Positions 27,647 through 37,729 are shown, counted from the stretch's first letter. The stretch is DNA of 64,000 nucleotides from Chlamydiales bacterium (GCA_020831465.1 JAFIGI010000017.1:949-64948), one strand, 5' to 3'. Numbers and translations are program-made. Notes: generated by a model not told the origin, from the sequence alone.

Positions 27647-28222
27647 ATGAAGGAAGTGTTAAGTTATTATTATTTAGGAGAAAAGATTATGAAACAAAAC
27701 GAGCTCAACCCGTCTGTTGAAAGAAGTTATTTCCCTTCAAATTACCGTGAAATTCTCTATGGAAGCGTTTATGGGACCATAGCAGGACTAGGTATTCATG
27801 CTTATGATCGGAGAATGGAACGTTCTGTTCAGGGTCCTAAGCAGGGGATTGCCCAATTTTTCCTTAATTTCCATCTCCGTTTTCCCCGCTTGGGACCTGC
27901 AATCACTCTAGGATATGTGGGGGTTATGGTTCCACTCTTTGAGGAAACGCTATTCAACGGGTGGATCAGCGATTCTTTAAGAGGAGGGCGAGAGCAGTCT
28001 CTAAAATCCCAAGCTAAGCGAGTTGTGGTTATCTCCTCCCTATTCTCACTCTCTCATGTCGAGGTTACAAAAGGTCTCAACTTCAATTTCCGTGTTTGCA
28101 GGTCAGCTTTTATAGCGGGATTTATCTTTTCCCTTATTGCTGAGAAAACGGGTAATCTATGGGGATCGACTTTTGCTCATTCCTTAGTCAATGTTCTCAC
28201 TTTAAGACGAATAAAAAAATAA
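27647..28222 (+). CDS. CPBP (CAAX/Abi) family intramembrane glutamic endopeptidase
   Basis: Motifs FEETLFNGW (EExxxR-like), FSLSHV (FxxxH) and FAHSLVN (HxxxN). AT-rich gene. The start may be 27689. Confidence 0.6.
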   Translation: MKEVLSYYYLGEKIMKQNELNPSVERSYFPSNYREILYGSVYGTIAGLGIHAYDRRMERSVQGPKQGIAQFFLNFHLRFPRLGPAITLGYVGVMVPLFEETLFNGWISDSLRGGREQSLKSQAKRVVVISSLFSLSHVEVTKGLNFNFRVCRSAFIAGFIFSLIAEKTGNLWGSTFAHSLVNVLTLRRIKK

Positions 28223-28314
28223 ATAAATCAATAAAATAATCTTTATTTTTTATTAACAATACTATTCTATAATTAGTTTGTAGGAAAAAACTAATTAATA
28301 TTATAGGTGTTAAC

Positions 28315-28818
28315 ATGTCTTATTTTAAAGCAGTTGGAGCTTCCGGTCTCCTAGGGGGTGGAGTTTACGCGATCGATCATTTTTCAAAAAAAATCCAGGA
28401 GAAATACCCGCCTTCCGGTGAAGAATTAAAAATTGGAACAATGGTGATGCATAATGGAAAAGAAAAAGTGGTTGTAGGTTTTTTTGGCGCTAACAGTAAA
28501 ACCTTTGAAAAGGGGTTAGACCCTAATCGAGAGCTTTACACCGGAACAAAGAAACAAGCTCAAGAATATGCTCTTTCACGCGCCAAGAAGGATGAAGAAC
28601 CTATGGTGGCCGTGGTTTTAGCTGATGAGAAACCGAGAGCTAAAGACTACGGTATGCAGCGGTTCGAGGGGTCTCATATACCGCTATCAACAGACTACAT
28701 TAAAAAAGCGAATGTAACATGGGCAAATGTCGAAAAAGTGACAGAGAGTAATCGATTAGGATTTTGGGGGAGCTGTACACGATTGATTAATGACATGAAT
28801 AAACAAGATAATGATTAA
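28315..28818 (+). CDS. Hypothetical protein with one N-terminal hydrophobic segment
   Basis: 167-aa AT-rich ORF with no recognisable motif. Confidence 0.5.
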   Translation: MSYFKAVGASGLLGGGVYAIDHFSKKIQEKYPPSGEELKIGTMVMHNGKEKVVVGFFGANSKTFEKGLDPNRELYTGTKKQAQEYALSRAKKDEEPMVAVVLADEKPRAKDYGMQRFEGSHIPLSTDYIKKANVTWANVEKVTESNRLGFWGSCTRLINDMNKQDND

Positions 28819-28836
28819 TGAGCAAGGATAGGAAAA

Positions 28837-29694
28837 TTATTCGAAGAGCGCATTGATAAATTGTTTGGGATTAAAGGTAGAAAAAGCGTCGATCGTCTCA
28901 CCTGTTCCGATATACTTAATCGGGAGCTGCAGTCTCTTTTGGATTGCGATTGCTGTTCCGCCTTTTGCCGATCCGTCGAGCTTGGTAAGGACAATCCCGG
29001 TTAGGGGAGTGAATTTGTGGAAAACGGTGGCCTGATCGACTCCATTTTGGCCGATGGTCGCATCCAGGACAAGAAGGGTATCGTGAGGAGCCCCCGGGAG
29101 CGCCTTGCCACAGACGCGGCGGATTTTATCAAGTTCCTTCATCAAATCAGTCTTCGTGTGGAGGCGGCCTGCGGTATCGACCAGGACAATGTCGCACTGC
29201 CGGCTTTTACCTGCTTCAATCGCGTCAAATACAACAGCTGCAGGGTCGCTTCCGGGGCGGCCTTTTACGATTTCGCAACCGGCCTTTTCGGCCCATCTCT
29301 CGAGCTGGTCGATTGCGGCGGCCCTGAAAGTGTCTGCGGCGGCGATCAGGACTCTTTTTCCCTCTTTTTGGTATAGATGAGCTAATTTCGCGACCGTGGT
29401 CGTCTTCCCATTTCCATTTACGCCAACAATTAGAACAACATGAGGCGAGCCGCTCTCGTGGGAGAAGGAGGGGATCGAGAGAAGCTCGTTGAGAAGTTCT
29501 TCTTTAATCCCTTCCAATATCTCTTCGTTCGAGGCATTTTTTTTTGCCAGCTTGCGGACATGTTCGACCAGTTCCCCGCTGGTTGAAGCACCGAGATCCG
29601 ATTGATAGAAAAGCTCTTCAAGCTCTTCAATCATCTCTTCGTTGACCTTTCCTTTGAAAAGTTCCCTGATCTTTTTGCTTAAGAATTTAAACAT
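28837..29694 (-). CDS. ftsY: Signal recognition particle receptor FtsY (NG domain only)
   Basis: 285 aa. GVNGNGKTTT, DTAGRLH and TKLDGSAKGG GTPase motifs. Confidence 0.95.
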   Translation of the reverse strand: MFKFLSKKIRELFKGKVNEEMIEELEELFYQSDLGASTSGELVEHVRKLAKKNASNEEILEGIKEELLNELLSIPSFSHESGSPHVVLIVGVNGNGKTTTVAKLAHLYQKEGKRVLIAAADTFRAAAIDQLERWAEKAGCEIVKGRPGSDPAAVVFDAIEAGKSRQCDIVLVDTAGRLHTKTDLMKELDKIRRVCGKALPGAPHDTLLVLDATIGQNGVDQATVFHKFTPLTGIVLTKLDGSAKGGTAIAIQKRLQLPIKYIGTGETIDAFSTFNPKQFINALFE

Positions 29695-29760
29695 CTTTGG
29701 CTGAAATCCCCTATTGAACGAAAATCTAATATATCACATAAGGGGATAGGAGAGAAGCAA

Positions 29761-30930
29761 ATGTATATTCACGAGTATCAAGCAAAAAAAATACTTCTTA
29801 GGTTCGAGGTTCCTGTACCCCCTTTCGCAATTGCTTCCAATAACGAGCAAGTGCTAAAAGCCATTGCCGAGTTGGGGATCAAAGAAGCGGTGATCAAGGT
29901 ACAGATCCATGCGGGGGGAAGGGGAAAAGCCGGTGGAGTCAAATTCGCAAAAAACCCTGAGGAGATCGTACGCCTCTCCTCTGATTTAATCGGGATGAAA
30001 ATCATCAACAACCAAACGGGGCCGGGAGGAGTTGTCGCTGAGAGTGTGATCATTTCTCCCCCCCTTTCGATAGCAAAAGAGTACTATTTGGCAGCGACAA
30101 TCGACCGCTCGCGGGGGCTTCCTATTTTGATCGCTTCGCCGGAGGGTGGGATGGAGATAGAAGAGATTGCGGCGAAAACGCCGGAGCGGATTCTCAAGCT
30201 TCCTTTTGGAATCGATGGCCGTGTTAGAGGCTTTCATTTGCTCAATCTCGTTAAGTTCATGGGGTGGGAGGGCGATTTGGCTAAAGAGGGTATGCGGCTT
30301 GTCTCGAATTTGGCAAAAGCCTTTATCGAAACCGACGCCTCTCTTTTGGAGATAAACCCGCTTGTCAAAACGGAGGAGGGGAATCTATTCGCGATCGACG
30401 CTAAATTCTCAATCGATGACAATGCCCTCTTTCGGCAGCCAGGAATCGCCCAGTGGTACGATCCCTCTCAGCAGACCCCGAACGAGGTGATGGCTAAGGA
30501 GTACGACCTTGCCTATATTGGGTTGGATGGGGAGATCGGGTGTTTGGTCAATGGGGCCGGTCTTGCCATGGCGACTATGGACATCATCCACCATTACGGG
30601 GGTGAGCCGGCAAACTTTTTAGATGTGGGAGGGGGCGCTTCCAAGGAAGAGGTTGCGCACGGCTTTAAAATCATTTTGCTTGATCCAAAGGTTAAGTCGA
30701 TTTTTGTGAATATCTTTGGAGGGATCATGGATTGCGGCGTCCTGGCCCAGGGAATTGTCGAAGCGAGCAAAACCGATGATGTGCGCGTGCCGCTGATCGT
30801 GAGGATGGAGGGGACGAATGTGGAGATTGGAAAGAAGATCCTGCAAGAGTCGGGACTGAATATCGTGACAGCCGATACGATGGCGGAGGGTGCTGTCAAA
30901 GCTGTAGAAGCGGCAAAGGAGAAAAGATAA
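29761..30930 (+). CDS. sucC: Succinyl-CoA synthetase beta subunit
   Basis: 389 aa. MYIHEYQAKKIL start and ATP-grasp layout. Immediately followed by sucD. Confidence 0.95.
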   Translation: MYIHEYQAKKILLRFEVPVPPFAIASNNEQVLKAIAELGIKEAVIKVQIHAGGRGKAGGVKFAKNPEEIVRLSSDLIGMKIINNQTGPGGVVAESVIISPPLSIAKEYYLAATIDRSRGLPILIASPEGGMEIEEIAAKTPERILKLPFGIDGRVRGFHLLNLVKFMGWEGDLAKEGMRLVSNLAKAFIETDASLLEINPLVKTEEGNLFAIDAKFSIDDNALFRQPGIAQWYDPSQQTPNEVMAKEYDLAYIGLDGEIGCLVNGAGLAMATMDIIHHYGGEPANFLDVGGGASKEEVAHGFKIILLDPKVKSIFVNIFGGIMDCGVLAQGIVEASKTDDVRVPLIVRMEGTNVEIGKKILQESGLNIVTADTMAEGAVKAVEAAKEKR

Positions 30931-31803
30931 ATGGCTGTCCTGATCGATCAGGAGACGAAGGTGATCACGCAAGGTTTGACCGGAAAGGCGGGTACCTTTC
31001 ATACAGAGGCGGGAATTGCCTACGGATCGAAGTATGTAGGTGGTGTAACTCCCGGAAAAGGAGGGCAGAGGCATCTTGATCTCCCCGTTTTCGATACGGT
31101 CAAAGAGGCGAAAGAGGCTACCGATTGCGACGCAACTCTGATTTTCGTCCCCGCCCCCTTTGCTTCGGAAGCCATCCTGGAAGCCGAAGATGCCGGACTC
31201 CCCCTGATCGTTTGCATCACGGAGGGAATTCCTGTCCGCGACATGATAGAAGTAGCTCAAGTAATGAAGCAGAGCAAAACCAGCCGTCTGATCGGCCCGA
31301 ATTGCCCAGGAATTATTACGCCGGATGCATGCAAAATCGGCATCATGCCGGGCTATATCCACAAAAGGGGGAAGGTGGGGATTGTTTCACGTTCCGGGAC
31401 CTTGACCTACGAGGCGGTCTGGCAGACTACCCAAGAGGGGCTTGGACAAAGCACGTGCGTTGGGATCGGGGGGGATCCCCTTAACGGAACGAATTTTATC
31501 GATATGCTCGAACTCTTTGAGAAAGATAGCGAAACCGAGGCGATCTTGATGATCGGTGAGATCGGAGGAACGGTAGAAGAAGAGGCGGCGGAATGGATTA
31601 AGGCCAACGGAAGCAAGCCGGTTGTCGCTTTCATTGCAGGTCAAACAGCGCCGCCCGGAAGACGGATGGGGCATGCAGGTGCGATTATTTCTGGCGGAAA
31701 AGGGACCGCGCAGGAGAAAATAGACGCTCTTTCGAAAGCGGGTGTCACAATCGCCCCCACGCCGGCAGTGATCGGCGAAACCCTAAAAACGGTAGTTGGA
31801 TGA
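30931..31803 (+). CDS. sucD: Succinyl-CoA synthetase alpha subunit
   Basis: 290 aa. SRSGTLTYE and the phosphohistidine loop MGHAGAI. Confidence 0.95.
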   Translation: MAVLIDQETKVITQGLTGKAGTFHTEAGIAYGSKYVGGVTPGKGGQRHLDLPVFDTVKEAKEATDCDATLIFVPAPFASEAILEAEDAGLPLIVCITEGIPVRDMIEVAQVMKQSKTSRLIGPNCPGIITPDACKIGIMPGYIHKRGKVGIVSRSGTLTYEAVWQTTQEGLGQSTCVGIGGDPLNGTNFIDMLELFEKDSETEAILMIGEIGGTVEEEAAEWIKANGSKPVVAFIAGQTAPPGRRMGHAGAIISGGKGTAQEKIDALSKAGVTIAPTPAVIGETLKTVVG

Positions 31804-32945
31804 TTACGATTCCGGGTAGGATTCCCATCTCGATCCACCCTCTTTTTTGGTTGATCGCCTTTTTCATCGGCTGGATATGGACGATGACTCTTGCAGGCGC
31901 ACTGGTTTGTATCGCAGTCATTTTGTTTTCGGTCCTCTTTCATGAATTTGGACACGCCTTGACAGCTATGCTTTTTGGACAAAAGACGCGGATCGAGTTA
32001 GCCGCGTTTGGGGGATTCACCTACCGCGAAGGTCCTAAGCTCAAACTTTGGGAAGAGTTTCTGGTTGTCTTGAATGGCCCGATCGCCGGTTTCCTCCTTT
32101 TTCTAATTGCCTTTGCTATCTTTCAAAATGTCGAGATTGAATCTCCTCTTCTCCTCTTTACAGTAAAGTTTACCTTCGTTGCGAATTTATTTTGGACAGT
32201 CATCAATTTAGTACCTGTTCTTCCGCTTGACGGAGGGCACCTTTTGAGCATTATACTCGAAGCTATTTTCGGTTTTAAAGGTGTAAAGCTCGCCATCATC
32301 GTCGGTCTTATTATCGCAGTTGCCATCAGCATTTTTTTCTTTGCGCTTGGCATGTTTTTAATCGGGGCTCTCTTTTTAATTTTGACCTTCGAGAGTTTCC
32401 GCTCATTGCGGTACTACAAGATTTTTTCCGAACAGGATCGTGATTCCAATTTGCAGGAGTTGATGAAAGCAGCCGACGCAGACTTTCAGGCGGGCCGATC
32501 AGCTGAGGCTTTGACAAAGCTCGAAGAGGTCCGCTTAAAAACTAAGGAGGGGATCCTCTACACACTTGCCACTCAAGAGATGGCTGAGATTTACCGCAAT
32601 CAAGAGCGCTACGAAGAGGCTTATCAGCTTCTGGTTCCGATTCACAAAACACTTTCCACCGACAATCTAGCCACCTTTCACTTTCTGGCTTTTATGAATG
32701 GTGATTATCAAACCGTTGTCGAGATCGGTAACAAATGCTACCAGGATAACCCTTCAGCTGACACTGCCTTGATCAATGCCCTTGCACACGGCGCCTTATC
32801 TGATGCAGAGCCTGCTGTAGGCTGGCTTGAATGTTCCGTAAGGGAAGGACTAACCTCCGTTAAGGAAGCCGTATCGCGCGAAGAGTTCGATCCAATCCGC
32901 AACGACCCTCGCTTCCGCTCCTTTGAAGAGACCTATAAATCTTAA
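31800..32945 (+). CDS. M50 (site-2 protease family) membrane metalloprotease with C-terminal TPR-like region
   Basis: HEFGH zinc motif in a TM segment plus [16 protein letters not shown] overlap with the sucD stop. Confidence 0.85.
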   Translation: MITIPGRIPISIHPLFWLIAFFIGWIWTMTLAGALVCIAVILFSVLFHEFGHALTAMLFGQKTRIELAAFGGFTYREGPKLKLWEEFLVVLNGPIAGFLLFLIAFAIFQNVEIESPLLLFTVKFTFVANLFWTVINLVPVLPLDGGHLLSIILEAIFGFKGVKLAIIVGLIIAVAISIFFFALGMFLIGALFLILTFESFRSLRYYKIFSEQDRDSNLQELMKAADADFQAGRSAEALTKLEEVRLKTKEGILYTLATQEMAEIYRNQERYEEAYQLLVPIHKTLSTDNLATFHFLAFMNGDYQTVVEIGNKCYQDNPSADTALINALAHGALSDAEPAVGWLECSVREGLTSVKEAVSREEFDPIRNDPRFRSFEETYKS

Positions 32946-32952
32946 GGGATTG

Positions 32953-32976
32953 CATCTGAAAAATGTATAAAGTCGA
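32953..32976. repeat. Short repeat F copy (CATCTGAAAAATGTATAAAGTCGA)
   Basis: Matches 14436..14459 at 23 of 24 nt. Sits at the junction between the backbone (M50 gene) and the AT-rich genes. Confidence 0.6.
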
Positions 32977-32978
32977 GT

Positions 32979-34058
32979 TTAGGTGTTAACCAGCTCTTTT
33001 AGGTATTCTCGAAAAGAAATTTTAAAATTCTCGGCCAAAGATTTAGAATTTTTTAGATAAATTAAAAAAGCATTATAAGCCATAAATGTGCAATTAGGCA
33101 TATTTTTTTGTCCTTCCATAAAAATAGCTTCTGATGTTTGAGGACAATATTTATCGCAATAGTCTAATTTCTGTTTGGTTTCTAATAGGTGGATTTTTAA
33201 ATTTTTAAAATATGTTGGAAATTGCAGGCTAAAAAGATCCTGCACAAAATTGGGTAAGTCCGAGATTTTATTTAATAATTGATCGTGATTAATTCGAATT
33301 TCTCCACATTGAGAATCAGAATAAAAGTGAGAATTAATTCTCGTTATAGTGTAATTATTAATATCGATGCGTTTGATTAAATAGAGCATGAAATGTCCAG
33401 GAATCTGATCAACATTGCACCAACCTCCCGGAAGTAATTTTATCTCACCTAATCGCATTTCATTTAATTTATCTAAAACTATAGTGCAGAGGTTATGGAG
33501 TGCTTGTTCTTGCTGTTGAGCAGGCAAATATTCTACAGATAATTTTATCCAGCTTAAAACTTTTAAACAAAATTTAATATTTTTAGACAATTGGAATAAA
33601 TCTTCCGGCAGCATTGAGCTAATTAAAAAATTACGTAATAAAAGTGTCAAAAAACAAGGATCTTCAAATTTTAAAGAAGATAATTGTTGGTTGCTTTCGG
33701 TCTCGCTTTCATAATAAGTCAAAGATATTAGATTGCTAATAATTGCTTTGCCTTGTTCGTTTAACATTAATTGCAAAACATTCATATATTGTGAAGTAAT
33801 CCAATCAAAATCATTTTTTGTGAGATTGTCTTTATCGAGTTTCTCAGACAAGTTTTGTAGTGCTTTATTTAATAAATTGAAATGTTCTTCAGTGGGGGCA
33901 TTAGCATAATATATACCGATCCTATTTGCAGCGATTTCCTCAATTTTTTTGTTTATGTCTTCGTTGGCGATTTCAGAAGCATTATGCGCGAGCAACTGGG
34001 GCGATGAGATTGAGCTCTGAGGAAGAGGTTGTTCATTGGATAGACTGTTCATCTTCAT
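32979..34058 (-). CDS. Hypothetical protein; possible CE-clan (Ulp1/ChlaDub-like) cysteine protease
   Basis: 359 aa, very AT-rich. Ordered pattern GHFMLYLIKRID...ITRINS...GQKNMPNCTFMAYNAFL. It lines up with Ulp1 HWALGIIDL...GYVDS...QQPNGYDCGIYVCMNTL, with the same Gln-to-Cys spacing. Confidence 0.4.
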   Translation of the reverse strand: MKMNSLSNEQPLPQSSISSPQLLAHNASEIANEDINKKIEEIAANRIGIYYANAPTEEHFNLLNKALQNLSEKLDKDNLTKNDFDWITSQYMNVLQLMLNEQGKAIISNLISLTYYESETESNQQLSSLKFEDPCFLTLLLRNFLISSMLPEDLFQLSKNIKFCLKVLSWIKLSVEYLPAQQQEQALHNLCTIVLDKLNEMRLGEIKLLPGGWCNVDQIPGHFMLYLIKRIDINNYTITRINSHFYSDSQCGEIRINHDQLLNKISDLPNFVQDLFSLQFPTYFKNLKIHLLETKQKLDYCDKYCPQTSEAIFMEGQKNMPNCTFMAYNAFLIYLKNSKSLAENFKISFREYLKELVNT

Positions 34059-34260
34059 CCTAGGATAAAATTAACTTTTTCTATTTTAAAACACTGCTGC
34101 TAAAAAAGTACAGTATTTCACGCAGGACAATAAAGATAGGTCATCTTATTAAAGCAGAAAATTCTAGCCTGTATAATATAAAAATTTATTTAGTTTTTTA
34201 TTTATTAAGTTTAATGTATAATTAATATTAATTAATTTCGAAACATTAAGGTTTATTGTT

Positions 34261-35589
34261 ATGTCTGTTGAAAATTATAACAATTCTTATCAGCGAAAGC
34301 TTTCCTTAAAAGATTTTAAAAAAAAAGAGCCGAGTAAAAAAGGAGGGTTGCATGGGCGTCAAGTACAAGCTATTCCCTCAACTAATTCTTCTACTATAAG
34401 ACAAGTCAACCCCACTAATATATTGGGGCAATCATTTGCAGAGGTTGCAGCTCTTTCGAAGTCTACTTCGACTCCTTCCTCAACTCGTTCGGCTTTCGAA
34501 TCGAATTCACCCACCTTAAAACAAGTCGACTCTTCAAAAAATGAGGAAGTTGAAAGCTCAACTAATGGAAAAAAAGTTACTGAAGAAAATATCTTAAATC
34601 CCAGTCCGAGAGGGCGTATTCTTGAAAGCAGGATCTCAAAGTTTGTTCACACTACAGGCGTGTTTGGATCTTATGTTTGTAACGAAGCAAAACTCTTCAC
34701 TACCTTTGTTGCAGCAAAAAAATTAGGATTAACTAGAGAGCAATTAAAACCTAATTATGAATTCCCCCCTAATCAATGGACACAAATTGCAGAAGACTCT
34801 AGTTTTAAATTTTCTTTAGCGTGCTTCAACTATGAAACACTTTCAGAAATTCGCAAGCAGGGAGATAAGGAGCAGATTAAAGATTTGGATGCCAATACGG
34901 CTTTTATCAACGATCTAAGTCACTTGTCCAATGGCAGAATAGGTTGGGAGTTACATTATCGTACGATAAGCAATGACCTGAATGATGGTGGAGTTTCTCT
35001 TTGGCATAAGTCTAAACGGAGTTACGAGGAAATGATCTTTTTCAATCCTTATGCGGAACCCTCCGGAATTCCTCAAGTAGATAAGGGAAAAGGGACTTAT
35101 GGACTAATGCAATCTTTTTTTGCATATGCAAGGACAAATCTTAGGGAGAAAGGAGTTGTCACTGTGATGTGGAATCCGATGAGAAAAGATGGCTTGGAGG
35201 TAGTGGAGATTCCCAAGATTGCGATAGATAATAACTTTAGAATCGTCGATATGCGTTGCGGCAAAAACATTTTTAAACACTACAAGAATGCCAATAGTTT
35301 TAATAGGGCTAAAGAGAAAGGAGATTCTGTGGTTGTTGCCTCCAAACCAAGTGATACTGTTATCTTTTTCAAGAGAGTAAGTATGAACAAAAATATTCCG
35401 GCAAGCGCCATAGTTTCAGATGCATTGGTCCATTATTTACCTAAGGCAGAAAAGTGTGCTGCCAAATGCATAACAGATCAGGAAAAAAATGCTGCCGACC
35501 AGAGGGAAAAAATGATGAGGCAAAGGGCTGAACAAGAGAAAAAAAAGTCAATGACCGACGAATGGGTAACAGTTGGTAAAAGAAAATAG
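34261..35589 (+). CDS. Hypothetical protein; possible BMT5/DUF2431-like methyltransferase domain
   Basis: 442 aa, AT-rich. Ser/Thr-rich N-terminus and Lys-rich tail. SSFKFSLAC, EEMIFFNPYAEP and LMQSFFAYARTNLREKGVVTVMW resemble my recollection of GDFSFSL, FDRIIFNFPH and FF..A..LL..GG.I.VT. Confidence 0.3.
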   Translation: MSVENYNNSYQRKLSLKDFKKKEPSKKGGLHGRQVQAIPSTNSSTIRQVNPTNILGQSFAEVAALSKSTSTPSSTRSAFESNSPTLKQVDSSKNEEVESSTNGKKVTEENILNPSPRGRILESRISKFVHTTGVFGSYVCNEAKLFTTFVAAKKLGLTREQLKPNYEFPPNQWTQIAEDSSFKFSLACFNYETLSEIRKQGDKEQIKDLDANTAFINDLSHLSNGRIGWELHYRTISNDLNDGGVSLWHKSKRSYEEMIFFNPYAEPSGIPQVDKGKGTYGLMQSFFAYARTNLREKGVVTVMWNPMRKDGLEVVEIPKIAIDNNFRIVDMRCGKNIFKHYKNANSFNRAKEKGDSVVVASKPSDTVIFFKRVSMNKNIPASAIVSDALVHYLPKAEKCAAKCITDQEKNAADQREKMMRQRAEQEKKKSMTDEWVTVGKRK

Positions 35590-35676
35590 AGAAAAAAGAG
35601 CCCGCACACCTTATTTCTTGTCTTATTAACCGCTTCTTTGCTATTTAACCCTTCTGAACTAGGAAGGTTGTTTTAT

Positions 35677-36075
35677 ATGCGTCGATTTTTATTAACCACG
35701 GTGTTCTTTACAGTAGGGGTTAGCACGACCTGCATGGCAAAACCGCTATCTTCTCGCGGACTCAATGAATTGAAGCGGGAATTGGCGAGCGCTCAAAAAG
35801 AATTGGTTCAAGCTCAAGACCGGGTCTCTCAACTTGAGGAGGCGGTCGCGCAGAAAGAAATTCAACGAATACGTGATCAAGTAGCCAAGCTGGAAGAGGG
35901 TCAGTTGGCGGCCATCCTTCATTCTCGCGAGCAGCGTCTCTCTTTCTTTCACGACCAGCGCGAAACTCTATCTACGATTATCCGCAGCTATCCTACATGT
36001 GCCCTACAGGCACAAGCTGTACTAGATCAAATCCTTACGATGATCACCCACCTCAGCGACGACATCAACGACTAG
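35677..36075 (+). CDS. Secreted or periplasmic coiled-coil protein
   Basis: ATG at 35677 preceded by AGGAAGG. Signal-like MRRFLLTTVFFTVGVSTTCMA, then heptad-rich LKRELASAQKELVQAQDRVSQLEE. Confidence 0.6.
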   Translation: MRRFLLTTVFFTVGVSTTCMAKPLSSRGLNELKRELASAQKELVQAQDRVSQLEEAVAQKEIQRIRDQVAKLEEGQLAAILHSREQRLSFFHDQRETLSTIIRSYPTCALQAQAVLDQILTMITHLSDDIND

Positions 36076-36131
36076 CCTGCTTCCAGGTACTTTTGTAAGT
36101 CGTTCTCGATTCTTTTTCTTTAGAGAAATGC

Positions 36132-36274
36132 TATAGCAGAATCAGTTGAAAAATCTACATTTTCACCGCGTCAAAGCTCCCCAGCTTGATCGATCATAAG
36201 TGAACCAATATTAGAAATATGGGTTTATACCAATAATCGAAAATAAATGGATAAATTCAGGTCAGCATAACCGG
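36132..36274. repeat. Composite repeat block: truncated family A/MITE copy (36132..36216) plus D/E repeat (36227..36274)
   Basis: 36132..36216 is the reverse complement of most of 16181..16293 and breaks off inside the hairpin. 36227..36249 matches 48809..48831 in reverse complement. 36241..36274 matches 15..48. Confidence 0.8.
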
Positions 36275-36277
36275 GAG

Positions 36278-37729
36278 CTAGTCATCGAGATGGAGTGTGA
36301 CGAACCGCACTGCATCCCCCTGGCGGACCATGAGAAGGACCATTTCCTCTTTTGAGGACTCATGAATCGCTTGACTAAAGTCCTCCACAGAGGTGACTTT
36401 ACGACGGTTAACGGCGATAATCACACTGCCGGGACGTAGCGCTGCCTCATCAGCAGGACTACCGGGTTCTACTTGCGTGATGACCACCCCTTCGTTACCG
36501 AAAAAGTTGAGCTTCTGCGCAAGCTCGGCATTCATATTTTCAACTTTTAATCCGAGCTTTTGGGTCTGGCTTCCGAGTTTTACCTCTTCAGGAACAGTGG
36601 AGATCACAACAGTCATCTCCCTCTCTCTTCCATCTCGGTTAACGTGCAAATTTAACTTGGAACCAGGAGCAAGTAGAGAGACGTAGTTGCGGAAAGCGCT
36701 TAGGCTTTCGACAGGAGTTCCGTTATAACGGATGATGATGTCTTCTTGCTTGAGGCCTGCAGTATCGGCTGGAGAACCTTTGATTACATCTGTTACAAGT
36801 GCGCCGTTTGGCGTCTTAAGTTTATAAAAGGTTGCCAGATCGGCGTCGATCTGTTGGAGAGTCACTCCTAAAAATCCGCGTGTCACCTCTCCGTCTTTGA
36901 TCAATTGCTCGATAATCCGCATCGCCATGTTGCTGGGAATGGCGAAACCGATTCCCATGTAGCCTCCCGATCCACTAACAATCGCTGTATTCACGCCGAT
37001 CACTTCTCCTTCGATATCGAGAAGCGGGCCACCTGAGTTTCCAGGATTAATCGCGGCGTCTGTTTGGATAAAGTCTTCGAAATCGGCGATATGGAGTTGA
37101 CTACGTCCTTTTGCACTCACAACCCCGACAGTTACGGTTGCCTGGAGTCCAAATGGATTGCCGATTGCAATCGCCCAGTCGCCGACTTCAAGCGTTTCAG
37201 AATCGGCAAAAGAGAGATAGGGCAGTTTTTTTTCATCGATTTTAATAACCGCGAGGTCGGTCTTAGGGTCGGTTCCAACAACTTTGGCGGTGTATTTTTT
37301 TCCGTTATTGAAAGTGACATTGACTTTAGCAGCATTTTCAACGACATGGTTATTGGTCACAATATAGCCGTTTTCACTTACGATAAATCCCGATCCGCGG
37401 ACCGTCTCTTGTTTTTTTGGAGCCGGGCGTTCCTGATAAGGAAAACCAAAGAAGCGGTTGAAAAAATCATCGTTGAAATGGTCAAAAGGGTTTTCAAATA
37501 GCCCTCGGTTTCGTGGAAGCTTTTGCGTTTTTTCGGCTTGCGCTTCAATATAGACGACTGCCGGTGTCGCTTTTTTCGCTACAGTCGAGAAACCTTTGGA
37601 GATTTGCTTAAGCAGGGTTTCATTAGTGTGAGAGGTCTCTTTTTTATCTCCTTCGGCTGAATAAGCGGGGGTGAATAAGATCAGAGAAGTTATGGATAAC
37701 GCACAGAGTTTTTTAAAAGGCATGTGCAT
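36278..37729 (-). CDS. htrA: Periplasmic serine endoprotease DegP/HtrA
   Basis: 483 aa. Signal peptide, catalytic GNSGGPL, and two PDZ-like C-terminal regions. Confidence 0.95.
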   Translation of the reverse strand: MHMPFKKLCALSITSLILFTPAYSAEGDKKETSHTNETLLKQISKGFSTVAKKATPAVVYIEAQAEKTQKLPRNRGLFENPFDHFNDDFFNRFFGFPYQERPAPKKQETVRGSGFIVSENGYIVTNNHVVENAAKVNVTFNNGKKYTAKVVGTDPKTDLAVIKIDEKKLPYLSFADSETLEVGDWAIAIGNPFGLQATVTVGVVSAKGRSQLHIADFEDFIQTDAAINPGNSGGPLLDIEGEVIGVNTAIVSGSGGYMGIGFAIPSNMAMRIIEQLIKDGEVTRGFLGVTLQQIDADLATFYKLKTPNGALVTDVIKGSPADTAGLKQEDIIIRYNGTPVESLSAFRNYVSLLAPGSKLNLHVNRDGREREMTVVISTVPEEVKLGSQTQKLGLKVENMNAELAQKLNFFGNEGVVITQVEPGSPADEAALRPGSVIIAVNRRKVTSVEDFSQAIHESSKEEMVLLMVRQGDAVRFVTLHLDD

